Part shown: positions 35,015 to 43,700 of the stretch, piece after piece | Numbering within the stretch: position 1 is the stretch's first letter | Layout: each line of letters opens with the position of its first letter | Origin: a virus | Taxonomy: Duplodnaviria; Caudoviricetes | Virus record (IMG/VR): IMGVR_UViG_3300031957_000416 | Coordinates: 1 to 52,141 of that record | Length of the DNA stretch: 52,141 nucleotides | Direction: 5' to 3' (one strand) | Program-made: the position numbers and the translations under genes | The notes under the pieces: generated by a model | Told to the model about the DNA's origin: nothing | The model's input: only the letters and a program-made list of their open reading frames with translations | The model's database searches: none

Positions 35015-35319
35015 TGGATAAAGATAATTTAAAAGGTTTTGATTTTCTAAATACAGTTTCTGTAGTTATAAGCCCTCATGAAAATGGTTTTGTCTGTGGC
35101 ATTGTGGATCCTAAAGATCCAGCAGATAATGACATATGTTCTATAATAGGAAAAGGACTTATTAGATATGTTACGGAACATCCAGAAGTTATCTATCAAG
35201 AGGGGCTTCTTGAAATGGCAGAAAAAGAAAGCAAAGATAGAAGAGAGTCTAATATCTTTGATGATGATGATAATGTTGTAGACATACTTAATTTTTTAAA
35301 CAAAAAGGATTTACATTAA
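35014..35319 (+). CDS. Hypothetical protein
   Basis: 101 aa, translationally coupled. Confidence 0.68.
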   Translation: MDKDNLKGFDFLNTVSVVISPHENGFVCGIVDPKDPADNDICSIIGKGLIRYVTEHPEVIYQEGLLEMAEKESKDRRESNIFDDDDNVVDILNFLNKKDLH

Positions 35320-36059
35320 TGACAACACATTTAGTAATAGGAGACCCCCATTGTACACCACATGCTAGTAATGAGAGGTTTACTTGGGCAGGTAGAATGG
35401 CTAAAGATTTAAAGGTAGATAAAGTAATTTGTATGGGGGACTTTGCAAGTATGGACTCTATGTCTAGCTACGATAAAAAGAAAAAGTCGTTTGAGGGTAG
35501 GCGATATAAAAAAGATATAGAGCATACACATGATGCACTACAAAAGTTTAATGATGGTATAGGTAAGCATGATGCAGAGATGCATATGTTATTGGGTAAT
35601 CATGAAGATCGTATACTTCGTATGGTAGAAGATAATCCAGAACTTGAAGGGCACATGACTATAGATGATCTAAAGTATCCAGAGTATGGGTGGCACACAT
35701 ATGACTATAGATATCCTGCTGTAATTGATGGAGTATACTACTCACATAATTTTCCTAGTGGTGTTATGGGTACAGCTATCTCTGGAGAGAACATGGCTAG
35801 AGCTCTAGTAAATAAAAACAAAGTATCATCTACTGTTGGGCATTCACATCTATTAGATTATGCTATTGCGTCTAAGCCATCTGGTAAAAAGATAATGGGA
35901 TTATCTGCAGGCTGTTACTTAACTCATAGAGAAGCATATGCATACAATACACAGAGGCTATGGTGGAGTGGACTTATAGTTAAACGTAATGTAAAAGGTG
36001 GAGAGTATGATATTGAAACTGTAAATATCCAGGAGGTAAAGAAAAGATATGGCAGATGA
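35319..36059 (+). CDS. Calcineurin-like metallophosphoesterase
   Basis: GDPH, MGDFASMD, LGNHE and GHSH. Confidence 0.87.
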   Translation: MTTHLVIGDPHCTPHASNERFTWAGRMAKDLKVDKVICMGDFASMDSMSSYDKKKKSFEGRRYKKDIEHTHDALQKFNDGIGKHDAEMHMLLGNHEDRILRMVEDNPELEGHMTIDDLKYPEYGWHTYDYRYPAVIDGVYYSHNFPSGVMGTAISGENMARALVNKNKVSSTVGHSHLLDYAIASKPSGKKIMGLSAGCYLTHREAYAYNTQRLWWSGLIVKRNVKGGEYDIETVNIQEVKKRYGR

Positions 36060-36273
36060 TGTAAATTTTCCAGAGCACTACAGACAATCCAATACAGAGA
36101 CCATTGAACTAATCAAAGAATCAATGACTACTGAAGAGTTTCATGGATATCTAAAGGGTGCATGTATGAAGTACATGGCCAGGTATAAGTATAAAGGTAA
36201 CCCTGTGCAGGATCTTGAAAAGGCACAGTGGTATTTAAAAAGATTAATACACGAGGTAGAGTGCAATGATTAA
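36049..36273 (+). CDS. DUF3310 family (T7 gp1.7 nucleotide kinase-like)
   Basis: VNFPEHY, KYMARYKYKG and DLEKAQWYL. Confidence 0.82.
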   Translation: MADDVNFPEHYRQSNTETIELIKESMTTEEFHGYLKGACMKYMARYKYKGNPVQDLEKAQWYLKRLIHEVECND

Positions 36274-36661
36274 GCCAGACCATAAGCATTTATTAATAAA
36301 TGCCACAATAAATAAATTTCCCAATGAGAATGAGGGAGATATCGTTGAAAATTTTATGACAAGTTTAGTTGAGGATATAGATATGAAGGTAGCTAAAGGT
36401 CCTATATCATCTTGGGTAAGTGACTTAGGAAATGTAGGTTGGACATCTGCTATACTATTAAAGACAAGCCATGCATCTATGCACATATGGAACGAGTGGG
36501 GTATACTTCAAGCAGACCTATACTCATGTAAAGAGTTTGATAAATCTTTAGTCATTAATAAAATTAAGAATACTTTTGATGCAACTAAGATAAAGTATAG
36601 ATTACTAGATAGAAATGGAGGTATAAACGATGAAGAGGGACTAAAAATACAGGAATGGTGA
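36266..36661 (+). CDS. speD: S-adenosylmethionine decarboxylase proenzyme
   Basis: HKHLLI, GWTSAILLKT|SHASMHIW (pyruvoyl site) and DLYSCKEF. Confidence 0.8.
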   Translation: MIKPDHKHLLINATINKFPNENEGDIVENFMTSLVEDIDMKVAKGPISSWVSDLGNVGWTSAILLKTSHASMHIWNEWGILQADLYSCKEFDKSLVINKIKNTFDATKIKYRLLDRNGGINDEEGLKIQEW

Positions 36662-36785
36662 TTAAACGGCCATATCTTAACACACAGCAGAAAGTGGGTC
36701 AGTCTGGGGTGTTAGTATTAGAAGACCTAAATGTTTGTATATTTGAGGATATATGAAAGAAAAATTTAAAAAAACAGGAGATAAA

Positions 36786-36995
36786 ATGTCAGAGAAACAG
36801 CAAGAGCAACAGTTAGTTGAGAAACACTACATCATATCTGGATCACAGGTTCAGAGCATACTTCGCTACCTATTTACAAGACCATATGGAGAAGTAGTAC
36901 AAGGTATTGAAGTGCTATCACGAGGATTAAGAGAACTTGATCCGAATGTAGGTGCAGACTTTGTAGCGAAACCTGCAGATGATGCAAAAGAATAA
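36786..36995 (+). CDS. Hypothetical protein
   Basis: ILRYLFTRPYGEVVQGI motif. AGGAG RBS favours the ATG at 36786 over the track start of 36753. Confidence 0.65.
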   Translation: MSEKQQEQQLVEKHYIISGSQVQSILRYLFTRPYGEVVQGIEVLSRGLRELDPNVGADFVAKPADDAKE

Positions 36996-37206
36996 TTCAC
37001 AACTTTTTAGAATGGATGTTAATCTGACTGACTCTAGTCAGATAGCAATAAGCCTGGACTACATTTCGCCAGATAAGATAAAAGAAAGCCTAGAAGACAT
37101 AGACGAAATTTTTTATGCTAACTTATTGGCAAGTGTAGTTAGGCATTGTATCGAGAATACAATGAAACTAAATGGTGATATAAGACAAATCATAGAAAGG
37201 ATATAA
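36979..37206 (+). CDS. Hypothetical protein
   Basis: 75 aa, coupled ORF. Confidence 0.62.
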   Translation: MMQKNNSQLFRMDVNLTDSSQIAISLDYISPDKIKESLEDIDEIFYANLLASVVRHCIENTMKLNGDIRQIIERI

Positions 37207-37589
37207 TGAATAACGTGGCAAGAGCAGAAGTCCCAATGAGAATGAGAAGCATTACTGTAAGAATGAGAATTGATGACAGGAGAGTACTAGCAATAGTAGA
37301 CTATACCATGTCGCCAACAGGCATAAGCCCAATGGCTGTATGGATTAAGGTAAGACCCACCGAGTCTACTCTGGATAGAGAACTTAGAGCTTCAGGTAAG
37401 ATGATGTCTTTACTATTACAGTATGGGTGTAGTTTTAAAGAGATAGCAGAAACTCTAACTAAAGATTCTATAGTTGGAGCTGCCGTTACTTATCTTCATA
37501 AAAATCTTGAGAGTATATTAGCTGGGCAACAAGGGGATAAGGTTCCTAATTTAAATACGGATCCGTACAAAATTAAGGATGTGGGTTAG
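37206..37589 (+). CDS. Stand-alone TSCPD-like domain (ribonucleotide-reductase-associated)
   Basis: GKMMSLLLQYGCSFKEIAETL resembles the SLxLQYGxxxxEI helix of TSCPD domains. Confidence 0.55.
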   Translation: MNNVARAEVPMRMRSITVRMRIDDRRVLAIVDYTMSPTGISPMAVWIKVRPTESTLDRELRASGKMMSLLLQYGCSFKEIAETLTKDSIVGAAVTYLHKNLESILAGQQGDKVPNLNTDPYKIKDVG

Positions 37590-37814
37590 TTACTTTCGTA
37601 GTATATGGTATATAAACTTAATGCTCTTTTTAAGAAACTTCTTAATCAAAAACTTTCCAATACGGACAGGAATAAGGATAGGAGCAGCCAGAATATCAAA
37701 GCAAAGAATACCAATATCCACTCCCGTATCAATCGTATTGTCTGCATTAGCTTGCTTCCTTAACCATTTTTTCATATCACGCTTCTGGTAAAATTCTAGG
37801 ACCAAACTCTTCAA
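37590..37814 (-). CDS. Small basic / membrane-associated protein
   Basis: ILCFDILAAPILIPVRIGK. Last gene of the minus-strand operon. Confidence 0.55.
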   Translation of the reverse strand: MKSLVLEFYQKRDMKKWLRKQANADNTIDTGVDIGILCFDILAAPILIPVRIGKFLIKKFLKKSIKFIYHILRK

Positions 37815-39456
37815 CTAAATCTTCTCTTCTTTTATCGGCATCAGCATACGGATCTCGATCCATATATCTTTTTTTAGCATCTTCAAAATCTTCATCGTCA
37901 TATTGTAAACTTTGCATATCAAAAAAGGCTCTGTATCTATTATAAAGTTCTTCTGATTCTTTTTCTATTTCTTCTTTAGTTGGAATGTAGTCTTGTCCTT
38001 TTTTTTGCTTAATAGAATATTCTGGCATCACATCTGCATAAGTATCAAAGAAGTAATCTATATCTATACCATAAGGTGATTCTGAATCTGCCAATTTACT
38101 AGGATCAAATGGTTCTTTATCTAAATCTTCTGTTGGTCTATGTACTATAGACTCAGTCTTAGGTTCTGGTGCACCCCCAACTGGTGGCCTTTCACCTTTT
38201 GGAAGTAAAAAATTAAGTATACCTTCAAGCCCAGAGGGTTTGTCTGGAGTTGCTGGACTTCTAAAAAGAAATCCTGCTGGTTCTGCCTTACCTATCTCTA
38301 CATTTTTTGCACCCTTTTCTGCTTTTCTTATTGGCTTCTCTACTAAAGATGCCTTTGCCATACCATCAAAAAAGAAGTCATTAAAACTTTTATTTCTACC
38401 AGTTAATGGTTTAGGTTTATCCGAACCTGCAGGTGTAAAGACTCTCTTGTACTCATTCATCATAGTCTTTTCATCTCCAGCAAATAGTGCTGCTGTAAAC
38501 TTAGGAAATTTTTTAAGCCCTCCTAAATTAAATTGAAAATCTAAAAGCATTTGTTTACGCCTATCATCAAGATTTATAAAGTCTTTACCAAAGGTTTTAG
38601 AAAGTTGTGTGTATGCTTTTCCTAAATCTTTTTTTAATATATCATTAGCTTGTTCTATTGTTAAATTGTCTAGATCATAGCCATAAACACTGTTAGCTTT
38701 TATCTCTTTATCTGTAAGTTTATGCCCATAGCCTATAGTGTCAGTCCCACCTTCAGCAGACTTATGTCTTAGCTTAGATTTATTACCACGATATAGCTGA
38801 TTGTTTTCTACAATTTTCATGTAGTTTAAAAACTTTTCATCTTCTTCAGCCCTATCAATTGTTACAAACTCATCTTTAGTTTTTGTAGCCATTGGTGCTC
38901 TTGATCTTTCAACTGGATTTTCATTTTCTTTAAATCTTGGCTCACTTAGATCTGGACGCACTTCCATAAGGCCACTTGTAGTTTTAGCGTCTAATATACT
39001 AACCTTTCCCTCTCCAGTTGGAACTATAAGTTCTGCACCTTTTTCTCCAACAAGTATTGGTCCGCTTACTTCTTTATCTTTAACTCCTTTAGCTGCGTAT
39101 TCCACAGGTCTCATTACTAAGCCTTCACCTTGAGGAGTTTCTCTTTCTGCACGTTCCCCAACTTGTTTTTCTTTTGTTAATTCTTCAGATGATTTAACTG
39201 TTTCATTAGTTTCTGCCACCATAGATCTTGATTGTTTTTGTATATTTTGCATCATGTTAAATACCTGATTCTTATCTACTACATAGTCAGGCTGTGGAGT
39301 TTCCGATAAACTTTTTTGTGTTTCAATATTTGGAGACGCATCTAAAACGTTTGTAGAAGGTGCCATAATACTACTACCAACAGGAGTTGGTTGAACCAAA
39401 CTCTTATCTAAATCTCTTTGGCTAAATATTTTTTTAGGTGCTAGTGTATCTACCAT
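37777..39456 (-). CDS. Virion-associated protein with a lysozyme (GH24-like) domain
   Basis: Central E...TIGYGHKL...LLDFQFNLG domain in a 559 aa protein. Confidence 0.75.
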   Translation of the reverse strand: MVDTLAPKKIFSQRDLDKSLVQPTPVGSSIMAPSTNVLDASPNIETQKSLSETPQPDYVVDKNQVFNMMQNIQKQSRSMVAETNETVKSSEELTKEKQVGERAERETPQGEGLVMRPVEYAAKGVKDKEVSGPILVGEKGAELIVPTGEGKVSILDAKTTSGLMEVRPDLSEPRFKENENPVERSRAPMATKTKDEFVTIDRAEEDEKFLNYMKIVENNQLYRGNKSKLRHKSAEGGTDTIGYGHKLTDKEIKANSVYGYDLDNLTIEQANDILKKDLGKAYTQLSKTFGKDFINLDDRRKQMLLDFQFNLGGLKKFPKFTAALFAGDEKTMMNEYKRVFTPAGSDKPKPLTGRNKSFNDFFFDGMAKASLVEKPIRKAEKGAKNVEIGKAEPAGFLFRSPATPDKPSGLEGILNFLLPKGERPPVGGAPEPKTESIVHRPTEDLDKEPFDPSKLADSESPYGIDIDYFFDTYADVMPEYSIKQKKGQDYIPTKEEIEKESEELYNRYRAFFDMQSLQYDDEDFEDAKKRYMDRDPYADADKRREDLVEEFGPRILPEA

Positions 39457-39462
39457 ATATTT

Positions 39463-39687
39463 TCATTCCTCTATAATTTTTTTAATTTTTAATCTTCCCA
39501 TATCTTCATATACTTCTGCTTTTACTTCTTTGCAACTCATGTATATGCCTTCTTGATCTTCCCCTATATTACGAGATATAACACGTTTTTGCTTAAGGCA
39601 ATCACTAAGACCATCAGTCGGCACCATTTCTACGGTTGAGCCGTTCTGTATCATCAGTATTGCAAATACAACTTTAATGGTTTCCAT
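39463..39687 (-). CDS. Hypothetical protein
   Basis: 74 aa, GLSDCLKQKR...SCKEVKA. Confidence 0.65.
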   Translation of the reverse strand: METIKVVFAILMIQNGSTVEMVPTDGLSDCLKQKRVISRNIGEDQEGIYMSCKEVKAEVYEDMGRLKIKKIIEE

Positions 39688-40057
39688 TTGTTTTTGCCTC
39701 CAAGTCTATTAATCGTTCTTCGTGGAATTGTATAACCATGTCGTTCTTTAGTATCATAGGTATCTCTGATTCCATCTGTTCTTTTAGTTTATCTACATTC
39801 TCACCCAGGTATTCCACCAACATGTAGAGCTCTTGGACTTGTGGACTGACCATGCCCCCTTTGGGGACAGAATCAATAAAAGCATTTGCAGCTTCTAAAT
39901 CTTTAGACATCAGTCTTAAATCTGATTCTATACTATTAAGTCTTTCAATGACACCAAAGGCGAACCAAGCACCCACAAGCAAACTGCCAATAATAGTGAG
40001 TAAGTTACGTACTGGCATCGAGACGGAGGTGTTTTCATTTATGTCTAATCTTTTCAT
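39674..40057 (-). CDS. Membrane-anchored coiled-coil protein (possible lysis accessory)
   Basis: N-terminal TM helix (LLTIIGSLLVGAWFAFGVI) followed by a coiled coil. Confidence 0.6.
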   Translation of the reverse strand: MKRLDINENTSVSMPVRNLLTIIGSLLVGAWFAFGVIERLNSIESDLRLMSKDLEAANAFIDSVPKGGMVSPQVQELYMLVEYLGENVDKLKEQMESEIPMILKNDMVIQFHEERLIDLEAKTNGNH

Positions 40058-40284
40058 ACTTCATCTAATTCTACAAATTTACCTTCACAAAAATATTCAA
40101 ATGATTGCATTGACATTCCATCTACGTTTCTAAATTTTAATAGTAGACTGTCTACCAATGTAACTTTATTATCAAATAAATATTGCTGACAAGCATCTTT
40201 AGAAATAAAATGCATGTCTTGAAGATGAGTATTTCTGGTTTCTTCTCCTCCATACCACATCATTACTGTTAATACCCAGATCAT
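40054..40284 (-). CDS. Hypothetical protein
   Basis: 76 aa, hydrophobic N-terminus, two Cys. Confidence 0.6.
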   Translation of the reverse strand: MIWVLTVMMWYGGEETRNTHLQDMHFISKDACQQYLFDNKVTLVDSLLLKFRNVDGMSMQSFEYFCEGKFVELDEV

Positions 40285-40712
40285 TTTTTAACTAATGATC
40301 CACCAAAGTATAGGCCTATAATAGCCGACACTAAATTAGTATCTAGCGGTGTAATGACTATACCCCTATGAGCCATAGGCACCCACTGCATAACATCCTT
40401 ACCTTCAAAGAATAAAAACCCAGGTTTAAATTCTGTATACCCAACAATAACCTGTGCTTGTGGATCTATTAAAGGTAGTATCTTAGGTAAGACAACAATA
40501 GCAAAGATAGCAGTTAGTGCTATAATTCTTCTTGTCCATTGAAATCCTACATTCTCATATTCCCTTGCTTCTTTAAATGCTTCAGTTTGTACTTCAGCCC
40601 TTTGTATAAGAAGTTTTTGTTCAGCTTGTTTAGCTTTAATGGACTGACTCCATATAGACATCACTCCTCCTAGGACTGTAGACCCTAGCATAGTAATCAT
40701 TTCAAATGGCAT
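40281..40712 (-). CDS. Holin-like membrane protein
   Basis: Three hydrophobic segments, WTRRIIAL and C-terminal IIGLYFGGS. Confidence 0.55.
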   Translation of the reverse strand: MPFEMITMLGSTVLGGVMSIWSQSIKAKQAEQKLLIQRAEVQTEAFKEAREYENVGFQWTRRIIALTAIFAIVVLPKILPLIDPQAQVIVGYTEFKPGFLFFEGKDVMQWVPMAHRGIVITPLDTNLVSAIIGLYFGGSLVKK

Positions 40713-40723
40713 TGCTTTCTCCT

Positions 40724-43700
40724 CTATTTTGAACCTGGCGGATATGCCAGTATAATATTATTGTTGTGTAAAACTGATCTTATAAAATCATCTCGTGTCA
40801 TATTGTGTCTATCACCATATGCTTTTAATCTACCTAAAACTGTATTGCTCATAGTCTCCATTCTATTAGTGACTTTCTCTATAAACTGGTCTTGAGTATA
40901 TCCTAAATCCATAGCACTATCTGTGTAGAACATTATATTATCATATAAACCATCATAACCATCAGATGCAGCTGCAGTAACTAAAGCATTAATTTTATCT
41001 TTTTGGTTCATACTTATTTTTGTACTTTGCCATATACTTTTTAATATAATAGACTCCTCAAATGTACGACCACCTAAATACCTAGCCCAAAAACCTCCAA
41101 TGTCCCTTTCAATTTGCCCTCTCATATTTTTATATGGATTGGTAACAACATATTTTCCTTCTTTAAATTGAAAATACATACCTCTTTCATCTGTAACGTC
41201 TCTTGGAACTTTTGATTCTTTTTCAAATCCTGGTATCACAGAGAACATAGCCTCTCCTGATACTCCAGAAAATCTTCTTTCAACATCTGCTAGTAATACA
41301 GTTGGCATTGATGACTTTAAAAACTTGTACATATCAACGTCACTGTATGTTCCTGTAGCAGCTTTCATTACTACGTTAAATGCATTACCTATAACACCCT
41401 CATTTGTTTTTGATGTCATACCAAACAAAGCATCTAATGTTGGTAAACTAAATATATCTCCAGGACCAAGTCCTGGTGCAGCTAGTGTAGACGATACGTC
41501 AACACCTAGTATTCCAGATGGCAATCCAAACTTTTGCTCTGGTGCTATGTCTAATTTTAATACTGTTTCAGTATACTCTGGTATTCTATACTGACTAGGG
41601 TTATCTACTTTAGCAGCTTTTAATCCAAACTGAACGCCATCATTCATTTTTCTTAGTAGGTAATCTACTTGGTTTACTCCCATAATACCAAATAATCCTG
41701 CTGTCATAATCATACTTGTAGCATGCATTAGTAAAGGACTAGCAGCTTCAAATGATTTAGGATTTTTTGCCCATGTTCTAGCGTACTGTGCAACTTGACC
41801 ATAATAGTTATGCTGAAATGTTTTAAATAAACCAAACAAAGATCCAATAGTTCCCAATCCTTGGTGAGTATACATCATAGGCCTATTAGTAAAATTATAC
41901 TCAACCATCATATTATCTGTCATCCACTTTGCAGTGTTAAACATATTCTGTTTACCATTAGTTACATCATATTTGCCACTTTTTAAGAAAGAATAGTTCA
42001 TGGCTAGTGCTGTCAATCTACTGTGCCTCTCTGCTATCTCTGATAATCTTTTACCAGTTGCACGTTCAAACATTTTATTAACCATAGACTCAGTAACGGT
42101 TACTATTCTTTCACCTGTTCGTGTGTCTAAGCCAAACTCTTTTAAAAACTTTGTGTCAATAGTACCAGTTCTTAATGCATCTACTACTAATTCTCTAAAC
42201 TCTTTTGTAGGTTTAAATGGAAGATATGATCCCTCAACTACAGCCTTACCTACATCTCCTTTAATTCCATATTCTACTTTCATAAATTGAAGTCGTTGCA
42301 TACCCATTTGATATGGCTGAACTATCTGAGAGTATAAGAATCTTGGGTTAAAAAATAGTAATGCCTTATGTAATGTAAATGAGTTAGCTACCTGTATTGC
42401 TTTTTGAAAAGTATTAGGACTTGAAAACTTTTTAAATATACCAGAGTCTGCTATAGTTTCAATAAGTTTATCTCCTTTTTTAGCAATAAAACTAGCATCT
42501 CTACCAAAAGCATTGTCTACATATTTTTTAGCAAACGTAACTTGTTGCGGTATTAGGTCATTAAATGCACTTCTTCCAGATACTACAGGATCTACTTGTG
42601 CTCTAAATCTTATAGCTTCTGCTGATCTAACTGCACCATCAACATAACCTATGTATGCTTCTGTAAATTCTTCTATTAGTCTACGGCCTTCTTTGCCTGT
42701 ACCTGCGTATCCACCAACATCTTTTCTTGCTACTTTTCTTGCACCAAACCCTCTTGTAGCATTATAATCTTTTTGAGATTGTTTTAGTAGTGTTGCAATC
42801 TCTGGATTTTTTTTGTCCCACAATCTAATAGACTCATCAAAAGATAAATTCATATTTTCTCTTTTGCCACCAACAGCTAAATCAGATTTTAACTCATAGT
42901 TAACTTCATAATTTTTATATTCAGGATTCTTTTTTATAAAAGTATCAAATACACCATACACTTCTTTTTCTGTTTTACCAGCTATAGCATGCACAACGTT
43001 GCCATCTTTACCTGGTTCTTTAATATATAACCTATGTCTGCCTATCCAAGTCCTAGGAAAATAGTTAGGACGTTCTGGTATAATGGTAGCCCCAACTTCA
43101 GGGTTTTGCGTTACAGCTTTATTGTGATATATTCTAGCTTCTGCAAGACCTTTATCTAGATTTTTTATAATTCCTATTTCGTTTGCAGAAAGTTTATATA
43201 AACGTTTCATTTCTTTATAATTCATTTGATATTTAAATGAGCCATCATCTCTCTTAGAAAGTAATTCTTGTTCTATTTTTTCTTTACTTGCCTTTTTACC
43301 AACTGCTTTTTTTGCTAAACTTTGCATTAGAACTTCACGTTCTACCATTGCATTAATTATTTTAGTAGCAGATTCAATACCTTTTTCTTTACCTCTTTCT
43401 TTTAGTAACTGTTCAAACTGAGTCCAAGCACCATCTTTACTCTTAAATGTTTGTATCTTACCAATAATATTTCCAAAGTTATATAGTACACCACCTTGAA
43501 ATATTCCAGGATTTTCTTCAATAAACTTCATTTTATCTGGCTTATAAGATGGATCTATTAGTCTTCTATATAGAATATCATCTTTACCTGCTTCAATAGC
43601 ACGTTGTGTATTTTTAACACCAGTTGTTACAAATCTTAAGAATGCATTTTTAGATGGATCTCCTGCAAGTTTAGCAGGCAATCCAAATGTTTCTACAAAA

